DNA from: Candidatus Omnitrophota bacterium | Lineage (GTDB): Bacteria; Omnitrophota; Gorgyraeia; Gygaellales; Profunditerraquicolaceae | Assembly (NCBI GenBank): GCA_003598025.1 | Contig: QZKH01000002.1 | Span: 10,133-74,132 of the forward strand | DNA: 64,000 nucleotides | Direction of reading: 5' to 3' | Shown here: piece by piece, positions 50,801 to 58,660 of the stretch | Layout of the letters: the number at the start of each line of letters is the position of its first letter | Position numbering within the stretch: position 1 is the stretch's first letter | The notes under the pieces: model-generated | What the model was told of the DNA's origin: nothing | The model's input: the letters and a program-made list of their open reading frames with translations, nothing else | Databases searched by the model: none | Translations under genes and position numbers: made by a program

Positions 50801-51044
50801 AGCAGTAACAACCGGCGGCAGGGACCGCTTAAGACCTGTGTTAATGACTACTATTACTACTCTCGTAGGCCTTCTTCCGCTGGCTTTATTTCAGGGGGAA
50901 GGGTCTGAATCCTGGCAGCCTTTAGGTATTACCATGATAGGAGGCCTTACCGTTTCGACGCTGATTACGTTATTGTTTGTCCCGACGCTTTATGCTATAT
51001 TTGAATCCAGGGTCAAGAAGAATAAGAGGAAAACCAATGCATAA
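47871..51044 (+). CDS. RND superfamily efflux transporter (AcrB/HAE1-like)
   Basis: 1057 aa with a 12-TM, two-large-periplasmic-loop organisation. Conserved TM4 and TM10 regions are present (e.g. SLSSLAIASGMVVDNAIVVVDNV, GIVMLMGIVVNNAIVLI). Confidence 0.9.
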   Translation: MKLAEFGVKRPVANLMIFTAIIVLAFYSLTRLGVDSFPEIEPPSISVISSYPGANPEDVEIKVTEVLENQLATTPGIEKITSHSSEGSSVVTLKFSWGTDLDAASNDIRDRIEIAKRSLPDIPDEMDNPFIFKFNTSNIPILFMGITATQSYTELYDLLDDRIADPLRQLPGVGTVQFQGGGLERQINVWIDRERLQGYGFSILDIKNAIKAENITQPVGNIKVGLTDYSIRLPGEFTDPGQINSVVLGKRNGKIIYLRDVARVEDGFKEVTTIARVDEGRAIIMMVQKQSGTNTVEVADRVKKKLEELRYTLPPDVKMRLMFDNSEDIKTSLSSLKATTWFAILLVIVVVWFFLRQFAASMIVALTIPFSLLISFIYLFLSGKTINVISLSSLAIASGMVVDNAIVVVDNVWRRIEHGQRTSEASIFGTSEIFLAIAASTLTTIVVFMPLLFLTGVVGKLFGELAAIIIVTLSASLFTAVTFSPMLCSKWLKPDHKSLKAGLFNRMYAVSEQWFKSMENTYSNMLAWCLKYKKMVISISLGILIFVGLLTRFVGNEFIPEEDTGDLRISAHLPIGTRVEETDGLARKIEQIFKDEIPEAKYFYVRSGQLSGIGRAFGNVSGTHIVSAGIKLVPKTERKLSVKETAEVVRNRITAIPGVMKVDITTGNPMGRLITGGGKSIQVEIIGHSFEETDALALKIKGLIEGIPGAVEVSISREANRPELKIDVDRQKSSALGLDMSTIADTVNTFIQGSVASKYRESGDTYDIYVRADDFSRSDIEDIKNIPVVPADSAFSLSSGSNPRLSQDLRKTQITLSNIAEIRQENIPQEIERKNRERIVKVECNAYRRSTGKIVEDINKELKNMIIPAGIQVIIGGEAEEQAKAFKDLFLLLILGILLVYMVMAAQFESLLDPFIIMFSIPFTFIGVILAFIITGTNLSVISFLGIVMLMGIVVNNAIVLISYINILRARGYSMHEAVTTGGRDRLRPVLMTTITTLVGLLPLALFQGEGSESWQPLGITMIGGLTVSTLITLLFVPTLYAIFESRVKKNKRKTNA

Positions 51045-51048
51045 TAAA

Positions 51049-51333
51049 ATGTTGATGATAATATATAATGAGGCTTTGGATGAAGAAGTCATGGAATTAT
51101 TCCAGGGTTGCCAAGTGCAAAGCTACACCAAAGTAACCGGCGTATTCGGCAAAGGCGTACTTTCAGGCCCTCATCTTGGGAATGATATATGGCCCGGGAA
51201 AAACAATATACTTTATATAGTGAGTGATGATGAACAGTCAAAGTGTATGCTCGGCCGTGTAGCAGAACTAAGGAAGAAACTCGGGCATGAAGGTATCAAG
51301 GCCTTTGTTCTGCCGGTAGAATATACCACCTGA
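51049..51333 (+). CDS. Small protein downstream of the RND pump (possible GlnB/PII-like fold, DUF3240-like)
   Basis: About 95 aa, overlapping the RND stop. Small PII-like proteins often accompany RND operons. The start codon is ambiguous (ATG at 51037, 51049 or 51055). Low confidence. Confidence 0.3.
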   Translation: MLMIIYNEALDEEVMELFQGCQVQSYTKVTGVFGKGVLSGPHLGNDIWPGKNNILYIVSDDEQSKCMLGRVAELRKKLGHEGIKAFVLPVEYTT

Positions 51334-51351
51334 CATTAATAACCTTCCGTT

Positions 51352-52341
51352 ATGTTAATAATCAAAAACCTGAAACTTTCAAAGCCGTATATTTTGGCTC
51401 CTATGGCAGGGGTAAGCGATCTGCCGTTTAGGATGTTGAACCGAAAGTTTGGCTGCGAGCTGGCTTTTATTGAGATGATTAACTGCCGTTCTCTAACTCA
51501 CAAGAGCAAAAAAACCAAGCACATGCTATCAAGCAGCCAGAAAGACAGGCCTCTAGGTATACAGATACTTGGAAGCGATCAAAAGTTTATAATGCGTTCA
51601 TTGGACGTGCTTGCTGATTATAAATACGATCTTTTAGACTTTAATGCAGCGTGCCCGGCAAGAAAAGTCGTGCGCAGGGGCGAAGGTTCTGCCTTGTTGA
51701 AAGAACCCAAGAAATTGGAAAAGCTGCTCTCCGCTTTAGTTAAGAATTCCGATAAGCCGGTGAGCGTAAAAATAAGGATAGGGTGGGATAAGAATTCAAT
51801 AAATGCTGATGAGGTAGCTTGTATTGCTGAGCAGGCCGGCGTGAGTGCGGTCTTTATACACGGCAGGACTGCTTTGCAGGGATATGACGGAGATGTAAAC
51901 TATCCAGCCATACTAAAGGCCAAATTAAAAACCAGGATACCTATTATCGGTAGCGGAGATGTATTTAGCGCAGAGCTGGCTAAGAAAATGCTTGCCGAAA
52001 CAGGATGTGATTGCGTTGCTGTAGCCAGGGGTGCGATTGGCAATCCCTGGATATTTAAAGAGATAGATTCTTCTTTTGGCGTGTCAAAGATTTATAAACC
52101 TCCGAGCCCCGATGAAGTCTGTAAAGTCATGTTAGAGCATATGAAAATGTGTGTTGATTTTTACGGTGAGAGGGTCGGTGTGGTGATTTTCCGTAAATTC
52201 TTTTCTTGCTATACTAAAGGAATGCGTAAAGTAAGGCTGTTCCGCGAAAGGTTCTCTCGGGTAAAAACACTTATAGAGGCATCTCTCATAATTCAAGAAG
52301 CATTCTCTCCGGATCAACTAAGGAAAAGCCAGCGAAGGTAA
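51352..52341 (+). CDS. dus: tRNA-dihydrouridine synthase (Dus family, TIM-barrel flavoenzyme)
   Basis: ILAPMAGVSDLPFRML N-terminus. The catalytic Cys lies in the NAACPARKV context. The C-terminal helical domain is present. Confidence 0.8.
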   Translation: MLIIKNLKLSKPYILAPMAGVSDLPFRMLNRKFGCELAFIEMINCRSLTHKSKKTKHMLSSSQKDRPLGIQILGSDQKFIMRSLDVLADYKYDLLDFNAACPARKVVRRGEGSALLKEPKKLEKLLSALVKNSDKPVSVKIRIGWDKNSINADEVACIAEQAGVSAVFIHGRTALQGYDGDVNYPAILKAKLKTRIPIIGSGDVFSAELAKKMLAETGCDCVAVARGAIGNPWIFKEIDSSFGVSKIYKPPSPDEVCKVMLEHMKMCVDFYGERVGVVIFRKFFSCYTKGMRKVRLFRERFSRVKTLIEASLIIQEAFSPDQLRKSQRR

Positions 52342-52352
52342 GCTATTTTTTC

Positions 52353-52389
52353 TTGACAACAGTAAATTTTAATAGTAAAATTTTACTAT
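52353..52389 (+). promoter_or_regulatory. σ70-like promoter (TTGACA-N17-TAAAAT) whose -10 is overlapped by a perfect 16-bp palindrome TAGTAAAATTTTACTA, a putative operator at the head of the PKS cluster
   Basis: TTGACA at 52353-52358, a 17-nt spacer, TAAAAT at 52376-52381. The self-complementary 16-mer at 52374-52389 is read directly from the sequence. Confidence 0.5.
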
Positions 52390-52435
52390 ATTTTAATTTC
52401 AGAATATAACATACTATTAATATTGAGGTTAAGTT

Positions 52436-52738
52436 ATGGAATGGGATAAGAATACAGAAGATAAATTTAAACTTTTTATCTCAAAAATACCTATTTTTCA
52501 CCGCGGGATAACGGAGATAGCAGTAAGAAAGAGGGCTGAAGAAAACGCGATTTCCAGGAAATCAGCAATTATCCAGGAACAGGATGTATTAAGCGCTTTT
52601 TTTTCGGATGTTCCTTCGCCTTTCTACAGCATGATGGTCAGGGTTATGGAACAGTCGGGGTTTGATTACAAGAAATACGGTTTTCCCAAGAGTACTAATC
52701 CGTTGGTAGGCAATAGCAGCAATAAACCAATTAAATGA
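52436..52738 (+). CDS. PCP_red-like small protein (protochlorophyllide reductase 57-kDa subunit C-terminal domain family)
   Basis: KLFISKIPIFHRGITEIAVRKRAEENAI resembles the PCP_red motif (IPxFxR...E..A...G). It is 100 aa and the first gene after the cluster promoter. Confidence 0.4.
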   Translation: MEWDKNTEDKFKLFISKIPIFHRGITEIAVRKRAEENAISRKSAIIQEQDVLSAFFSDVPSPFYSMMVRVMEQSGFDYKKYGFPKSTNPLVGNSSNKPIK

Positions 52739-53739
52739 AAATTGCAGTTGTCGGCTCGGGAGCAATAGGCGGCCTGGTAGCCGGTTATTTGAGCCTTAAG
52801 GGCAAAGATGTAGTTCTTATCGGCCGCAGCAATTCCGTTGCAGCAATAAACAGCAAGGGTTTGTTTATAAGCGGGGTAAGGGGAGATTTCAAGGTTAATA
52901 TCCCTGTTAAGGATAAGCTAGTTTCGGATGTTGATTTAGCTATATTTTGCACAAAGAGCCAAGACCTGGAGCAATCGATATCACAGAACATAGATTTTAT
53001 TAAGCAAGCCCAGATTCTAACGACTCAGAACGGCATCCGTTCAGAGGGTATTGCGTTAAAGTACGCGGATAAAGCAAGTATCATCTCCAGCATTGTCATG
53101 TTTGGCTCTACAAATTTAGAGCCGGGCAGGATTGTACATAATTTCGAGGGTAATTGGATACTCGGCAGGCCTTTTATAGAAAACGACCGTACGCTTATAG
53201 ATGTTAGCCTGGTATTGAATGAAATATTTCCTACCGTAATAAGCCATAATATCAGGGCAATGAAGTTTTTAAAGATTTTTGTCAATGCTAATAATTGTAT
53301 CCCGGCGATACTGGGATTAAGCATGCAGGAAGCTTTTAGTGACACGGATACCAGCCGGATCAGTGTTGCCATCTGGCGCGAAGGTTTTGATATTGTCAAG
53401 AGGTCGGGCATCAATCTTGTATCTTTGCCTGATTTTCCTCTTGAGCGCTTGACCGGCATTATCAGCATGCCGATGGAAAGCGCTGCTAAAGTGATCTCAG
53501 GTATAATGTCCGGTTTAAGCAAAGAGCCATTATACGGCTCTATACTCCAGAGTATAAAAAGAGGCAAGGATACGGAGATAGATTATATTAACGGTGAATT
53601 TGTAAAGCTCGCTGCTGAAAACAAGCTCGCCGCACCGTTAAATAAACGCCTTGTTGAAATGGTGCATATAGTCGAAAAAAACGGAAAATTTTTTAGCAGA
53701 GAGCAGTTGATTGAGGAAACGAAAGGTTTGTTAGCTTGA
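52735..53739 (+). CDS. Ketopantoate reductase (ApbA/PanE) family NAD(P)H-dependent oxidoreductase
   Basis: MKIAVVGSGAIGGLVAGYL Rossmann N-terminus and the C-terminal SILQSIKRGKDTEIDYINGEF (ApbA_C signature). Its placement in the PKS cluster suggests a ketoreductase role rather than pantothenate synthesis. Confidence 0.7.
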   Translation: MKIAVVGSGAIGGLVAGYLSLKGKDVVLIGRSNSVAAINSKGLFISGVRGDFKVNIPVKDKLVSDVDLAIFCTKSQDLEQSISQNIDFIKQAQILTTQNGIRSEGIALKYADKASIISSIVMFGSTNLEPGRIVHNFEGNWILGRPFIENDRTLIDVSLVLNEIFPTVISHNIRAMKFLKIFVNANNCIPAILGLSMQEAFSDTDTSRISVAIWREGFDIVKRSGINLVSLPDFPLERLTGIISMPMESAAKVISGIMSGLSKEPLYGSILQSIKRGKDTEIDYINGEFVKLAAENKLAAPLNKRLVEMVHIVEKNGKFFSREQLIEETKGLLA

Positions 53740-53740
53740 T

Positions 53741-54340
53741 ATGGAAAACATAAATTCGCCGTTCCCACGCCTCAAATTAACCGTGATGAATGTTTATGGG
53801 CATTGTTATCACGGATATAAGAAAGGTGACGAATTAATTTTAGAAGATTTTACCCATCCTCCAAAATTTTTCTGCCTAGGCCTGGCGCATGCGCTTTTTC
53901 CTGTCATATATGCATTAAGTTTCGGGGCAAAGTTTCCATTTAGAGATAACCAGCGTTCACTGCTGGTAACCTGTCCTGACGGAGGGAAGTTAGAATTTAT
54001 GGCCGAGGTGCTTGATAAGCAGGGCAAAATTGAGAAGTTACCTAAAGCCCCTGATTTTAAAGGGCCTAACCCTAAAAAGATGGTTATAGAAGTAGTGCAG
54101 GCAAAAGGTAAATGTACCTTTGGTTATAAGGTAGGGGATAAATGGGAGACAAGCGGCTTGAAATGCATCCCCGGTTTTTGCGGCGCAGCTTTTCATTGTG
54201 CGTTTCCTGCGCTTTTTGCTTTAAATTTCGGCGCAAAGTTTTTATTTATGGAAAATCCGGATTCAATCGATACTGTTACTTGCCCGGATGGCGGCAATAT
54301 AGTATTTAAGGTTTCGCGGGTTAAGGAGAATAAGAAATAA
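53741..54340 (+). CDS. Tandem duplicated Cys/His-rich domain protein, TIGR04076-like (two ~90-aa repeats)
   Basis: Two repeats are visible directly. Repeat 1: GHCYHGYKKGDEL...FCLGLAHALFPVIYALSFGAKFPF...TCPDGG. Repeat 2: GKCTFGYKVGDKW...FCGAAFHCAFPALFALNFGAKFLF...TCPDGG. From memory, this motif set matches the TIGR04076 family of ~90-aa proteins, some of which are duplicated. Confidence 0.5.
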   Translation: MENINSPFPRLKLTVMNVYGHCYHGYKKGDELILEDFTHPPKFFCLGLAHALFPVIYALSFGAKFPFRDNQRSLLVTCPDGGKLEFMAEVLDKQGKIEKLPKAPDFKGPNPKKMVIEVVQAKGKCTFGYKVGDKWETSGLKCIPGFCGAAFHCAFPALFALNFGAKFLFMENPDSIDTVTCPDGGNIVFKVSRVKENKK

Positions 54341-54341
54341 T

Positions 54342-55604
54342 ATGAAAAAGAGAAGGGTAGTTATTACCGGCGTAGGGGTAATTTCGCCTAACGGCATAGG
54401 CAAAGAAAATGCATGGAAAGCTTTCACCGGCGGAAAATCAGGAGTAAAAAGGGTTGATGGTTTTGATGTGTCGGTATTTAATACTAAGATCGCCGCCGAA
54501 GTGAGAGATTTCAATCCGTTTAAGCTTGGGTTGACTCATGAAGAAGCTACGCGCATGGATAGGTATGTCCAATTTGGAGTGGTTGCCGCAGATATGGCTT
54601 TTAAGGACAGCGGGCTTGTGCTTTTAAACGAGGACCCTGAGCGTATCGGGGTATGCCTTGCAAACGCTATATGCGGCACAAAGTATATGGAGGAAGAATT
54701 TGCCCTTGTCACCGAAGACGGAAAGAAGCCGATTGACCCTTCAAAGGTCAGGCCGGATCTTTATGATGCTGCAATGTTTAATACCCCTTCGATTGAAATA
54801 TCTGCGAAATATAAATTGAGAGGGATCTGCGATACTTTATCTACGGGATGCACCGCAGGCACTGATTCACTTGGTTTCGGGCTTGAAACTATACAGGATA
54901 ATGGACACGATATAATGGTCTGCGGAGCTGCAGAAGCGCCAATTACGCCGATAACATTCGGGGCATTCGATGTGGTCAGTGTCTTATCAGCCAGAAACGA
55001 TGAGCCTGAACGGGCCAGCCGGCCGTTTGATAAAAAAAGAGACGGTTTTGTCCTGTCTGAAGGAGCAGGTATCTTGATCCTGGAAGAATTGGAGCATGCG
55101 CGCAGGCGCAATGCGAGGATCTACTGCGAAGTGTTGGGTTTCGGTACCAGCTGTAATGCCTATCATATGACAGACCTTCCTTCCGACGGCGCTGCCATGG
55201 CCAGATGTATAAGCCTGGCACTCTCCGACGCTTATTTAAAGCCCAAAGATATAGACCATATTAACGCGCACGGTTCATCGACGCGTATGAACGATATATT
55301 TGAGACAAATGCCTACAAGACCATATTCGGCGATTATGCATATAAACTACCCATCAGTTCCTTAAAGTCTATGATCGGGCATCCTTTGGCTGCTGCGAAT
55401 GCGGTTGAGCTTACGATGTGTTCGCTGATGTTCCAGTATAATATTTTACCACCAACGATAAATCAAGAAGAGAAAGACCCTTTGTGCGACTTAGACTATA
55501 TTCCTAACGTTGCGCGCAGCAAGAAAATAAACACAATATTAAAAACCAGCAGCGGTTTCTCGGGGATCCATTCTTCATTGGTATTAAGGAGATTCGATGA
55601 ATAA
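54342..55604 (+). CDS. Type II polyketide synthase ketosynthase α (KSα)
   Basis: RRVVITGVGVISPNGIGKENAWKAFTGGKSGVKRVDGFDVSVFNTKIAAEVRDFNP is close to the actinomycete KSα N-terminus (e.g. TcmK/ActI-ORF1). The active-site Cys is in STGCTAG. Both His are present (AYHMTD, NAHGSST), as is the GHPL motif. Confidence 0.8.
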   Translation: MKKRRVVITGVGVISPNGIGKENAWKAFTGGKSGVKRVDGFDVSVFNTKIAAEVRDFNPFKLGLTHEEATRMDRYVQFGVVAADMAFKDSGLVLLNEDPERIGVCLANAICGTKYMEEEFALVTEDGKKPIDPSKVRPDLYDAAMFNTPSIEISAKYKLRGICDTLSTGCTAGTDSLGFGLETIQDNGHDIMVCGAAEAPITPITFGAFDVVSVLSARNDEPERASRPFDKKRDGFVLSEGAGILILEELEHARRRNARIYCEVLGFGTSCNAYHMTDLPSDGAAMARCISLALSDAYLKPKDIDHINAHGSSTRMNDIFETNAYKTIFGDYAYKLPISSLKSMIGHPLAAANAVELTMCSLMFQYNILPPTINQEEKDPLCDLDYIPNVARSKKINTILKTSSGFSGIHSSLVLRRFDE

Positions 55605-56826
55605 GATCGCGATCACAGGATTAGGGATAGTCAGCCCTTCAGGGATAGGCAAGCGCCAGTTTTGGGCCAATGTTAAATCCGCAAGGTCATTTGTCAAAAA
55701 GATCACCCGTTTCGACGCTTCCAGGTACCCGTCGCATATCGCCGGCCAGATTGACGACCTTGATAAATACAGTAATTTTTCTGAGAGGCTGCTTAAGAAG
55801 ATTGATGCATTTTCGCATATGGCTTTAGTCGCCTCTGAAATGGCGATGCAGGATGCCGGTATAGATATAAAGAATGAAGACCCGAACTTAGTAGGTATAT
55901 TCTTAGGTAATGCTATCGGCGGCTGGCTTTATGCGGAGACCGAATTACGCGACCTATATATTGAAGGAAGGGAAGGAGTCTCTCCATATATGGCTTCAGC
56001 ATGGTTTCCTGCTGCGCCTCAAGGTCAGGTCTCCATTTATTATGGAATAAAAGGTTTCAGTAAAACTGTCGTTGCTGACAGGGCAAGCTCTTTGATGGCT
56101 TTAGGCTATGCCAGGAGCACTTTAGCCAAGAATAAATTAAATATGATTATTTCCGGAGGCATGGAAGCACCGGTTACGCCTTATGCGCTTCTCTGTTGTA
56201 ATACCTATGGAGCGCTCTCTAGAAATAATGAGCGTCCTGAAACTGCCTACAGGCCTTTTGACAGAGATAGGTCCGGTTTTGTTATCGGCGAAGGCGCAGG
56301 TATCGTAGTTATGGAGCCTATTGAACGGGCAAAAAAGCGAAATGCCAATATAATGGCCTTAATTTCAGGATACGGCACAACCTGTGACGGTTTTGACAGG
56401 ATAAATCCATCTTCCGATGGCAGAGAGTTAGCCCGGGCGATAAATATGGCTTTGGAAGATGCGCAAATCAGCGCCGACGAAATTGATTATATAAGCTTAG
56501 ATGGTTTAGGAGTAAGTTTATGGGATGATAGCGAAGTAAGGGCGATAAAAACCGTTTTCAAAGATAATGCGGCAAGAATACCCGCCAGCTGTCCTAAGTC
56601 GATGTTCGGTAATTTATTAGGCGCCTCCGGGGCAGTGGATTTGATAGCAACAGTTCTTAGCATGGAGAATAATTTGATCCCGCCTATACTTAACCTGGAA
56701 AACCCCGATCCCAAAGGTTTAAATTACGTACAGGGGCAGGCAAAGGACTATAAGGTCGGCAGGGCGCTGGTAATTTCACGCGGCAGGGGCGGGATTAACT
56801 CAGCGCTTGTTGTAGAGAAGCCGTAA
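55597..56826 (+). CDS. Ketosynthase β / chain-length factor (catalytically inactive KS partner)
   Basis: Overlaps the KSα stop (ATGA coupling). KS fold, but the active-site Cys position reads VVADRASS (Arg, not Cys or Gln). Both catalytic His positions are lost (GTTCDGFD, ISLDGLGV). Confidence 0.7.
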   Translation: MNKIAITGLGIVSPSGIGKRQFWANVKSARSFVKKITRFDASRYPSHIAGQIDDLDKYSNFSERLLKKIDAFSHMALVASEMAMQDAGIDIKNEDPNLVGIFLGNAIGGWLYAETELRDLYIEGREGVSPYMASAWFPAAPQGQVSIYYGIKGFSKTVVADRASSLMALGYARSTLAKNKLNMIISGGMEAPVTPYALLCCNTYGALSRNNERPETAYRPFDRDRSGFVIGEGAGIVVMEPIERAKKRNANIMALISGYGTTCDGFDRINPSSDGRELARAINMALEDAQISADEIDYISLDGLGVSLWDDSEVRAIKTVFKDNAARIPASCPKSMFGNLLGASGAVDLIATVLSMENNLIPPILNLENPDPKGLNYVQGQAKDYKVGRALVISRGRGGINSALVVEKP

Positions 56827-56861
56827 TAAGGCAAGCCAATGAAAATAACAACGGAGGATTT

Positions 56862-58322
56862 ATGAAAATATTATTTGTTATGCCTAAGGTGGGTGCGTGG
56901 GCAACCCATGGAATACACAGGTCGCCAAACCAGCTTTATGCACATTGGGCTGCCTATGTGCGCCAGAGAGGTTATGAAGATGTGGCTGTAATTGACGGAA
57001 AAGCCGACCAGATTTCTATGGACCAGTTGATTGAGCTTGTCAAAGAGAGAAATCCGGATGTCGTGGTAATGGGGGAGCAGCTGCATGGTTATGGCGGATA
57101 TGGTGTGTTACGCCATTTCAAAGATGCCGCAGCAGGAATAAAGAAGGCGCTTCCCGGCACAAAGATAATCCTCGGCGGGTTGTGGTATTCGGCAATGCCG
57201 GTCCCCACATTAGAAGAGAATCCGGGGGTCGATTTTGTGGTTATGGGGGAAGAGGAATCATTCGGAGATCTGATAGAAGCAATAGATAAAAATAAGCCAG
57301 TCAAAGACGTAGGAGGAGTGGCTAGCCGTATTGATGGTAAGGCTGTAATGGGGCCGCATAAGCCGTTATTGAAAGATTTGGATTTGTTGCCGTTACCGGC
57401 ATACGATCTTTTTCCAATGGATAAATATGTGGGCCATACTTATTGGAAACCATTTGTTGATATGGTTACATCACGCGGGTGCCCTTCGGCATGCACATTC
57501 TGTTACGAGTGGGATCAGTATGATCCGCGCCACCCCGGGGATTTTCTTACCTGGAGGGCGAAATCACCTGAAAGGGTAATGGAAGAGTTGAATCTCTTGC
57601 ATAATAAGTATGGAGTAAAAGTAGTGGTTATTCAGGACGATAATTTTAATGTTGACCCCGAGCGGGTGCAGAAATTTTGCGAACTTAAAAAAGCATCAAA
57701 CAACCCTATTAAATGGGTCTCTTTGGGCCGGGCAATAGACTGGGTGAATTGCGAATCCATTCTGCCGTTAATGAAAGAAAACGGCCTGTTTATGGGTGTT
57801 TTCGGGATTGAGGTTACGACACAGTCGGAGCTTAAGAAAATAGCCAAAGGCATAACCATCGAACAGATCCAGAAAACAATCGATATCCTGCGTAAAAATG
57901 ATATCGCCATTGTTGCCGATATAATGATGGGTTTTGATTATGATACCGAGGCAATCATAAAGCAGAGATTTGAGTTTACCGATGCTGTAGACCCGGATAT
58001 CCTTTGGGTCGGCTATGTTACTCCTGCGCCTAATTCACCGATGTGGAGGATCTCTATGAAGAAGGGATGGATTGATCCAAAAAAAGTAGATTTTAGCACT
58101 TGGGATTTTTTGCATCCAGTTATACCTACCGACCACCTTAGTATCGAAGATCTGGGGAGGTTAGGATCATGGTGCATGCGCGAATTCTTCTCTAAACCAG
58201 GGAGGATCAACAGGATTATGGAAAGTAATTTTGATACCCTGGCTAAACTCTGCTTTCAGGATGTTATGGCAGGCATCAATAAATGGGAAGCAGCCGCGAC
58301 TAAGGGAGAAGTACAGATATAA
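56862..58322 (+). CDS. B12-binding class B radical SAM enzyme
   Basis: An N-terminal cobalamin-binding-like domain, then SRGCPSACTFC (CxxxCxxC). The 486-aa size is typical of BchE/HpnP-like class B radical SAM methyltransferases and cyclases. Confidence 0.8.
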   Translation: MKILFVMPKVGAWATHGIHRSPNQLYAHWAAYVRQRGYEDVAVIDGKADQISMDQLIELVKERNPDVVVMGEQLHGYGGYGVLRHFKDAAAGIKKALPGTKIILGGLWYSAMPVPTLEENPGVDFVVMGEEESFGDLIEAIDKNKPVKDVGGVASRIDGKAVMGPHKPLLKDLDLLPLPAYDLFPMDKYVGHTYWKPFVDMVTSRGCPSACTFCYEWDQYDPRHPGDFLTWRAKSPERVMEELNLLHNKYGVKVVVIQDDNFNVDPERVQKFCELKKASNNPIKWVSLGRAIDWVNCESILPLMKENGLFMGVFGIEVTTQSELKKIAKGITIEQIQKTIDILRKNDIAIVADIMMGFDYDTEAIIKQRFEFTDAVDPDILWVGYVTPAPNSPMWRISMKKGWIDPKKVDFSTWDFLHPVIPTDHLSIEDLGRLGSWCMREFFSKPGRINRIMESNFDTLAKLCFQDVMAGINKWEAAATKGEVQI

Positions 58323-58403
58323 ATTAGTTCATAGTTCATGGAAAACTGGGACACAAAGACACACGTCACAAGGTCACAAGAGAATCAAGTTCATGGTTCA
58401 TGG
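58323..58403 (+). repeat. Two copies of the short element (A)TTAGTTCAT(A/G)GTTCATGG, flanking a GACACA/GTCACAAG low-complexity tract, in the radical-SAM/ACP intergenic region
   Basis: Copy 1 at 58323-58341 begins immediately after the TAA stop. Copy 2 is at 58388-58403. Between them lies GACACAAAGACACACGTCACAAGGTCACAAG. The same element recurs at 59785-59802. Confidence 0.5.
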
Positions 58404-58423
58404 TAATGATGGAGGATAAATAA

Positions 58424-58660
58424 ATGGAGACGAAGGCAAAAATAAAGGAAGTTATAGTAAATCTGCTCAGGATCAAACCCGAAGAGCTTAAAGACGGAAT
58501 GAGCCTGCAGGATAGTATCGGCGTTGATTCTACAGAGATGGTCGAAGCCGTAATTGCCCTTGAAAAGGCTTTTGGCGTAAAGTTAAGCGCTAAGGAAATA
58601 ACAAAAAGCTTGACCCTGGATGAGATCAGCAGCATCGTCGATTCTAAAATAGGCAAATAA
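58424..58660 (+). CDS. Acyl carrier protein
   Basis: A 78-aa protein with the GVDSTEMVE phosphopantetheine-attachment motif (Ser in DS) on a four-helix ACP scaffold. RBS GGAGG. Confidence 0.8.
   Translation: METKAKIKEVIVNLLRIKPEELKDGMSLQDSIGVDSTEMVEAVIALEKAFGVKLSAKEITKSLTLDEISSIVDSKIGK

Noticed and set aside
51352-52341. Dus-like flavoenzyme as part of the PKS cluster
   Set aside because: The sequence matches tRNA-dihydrouridine synthase over its whole length, including the C-terminal helical tRNA-binding domain. It also lies upstream of the cluster promoter and palindrome at 52353, so it is more likely housekeeping.
58231-58419. 62-aa + strand ORF spanning the rSAM/ACP intergenic repeats
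   Set aside because: Its sequence is dictated by the GTTCATGG and GTCACAAG repeats (…VHSSWKTGTQRHTSQGHKRIKFMVHG…). It starts inside the radical SAM gene and has no RBS. It is more plausibly non-coding repeat DNA.
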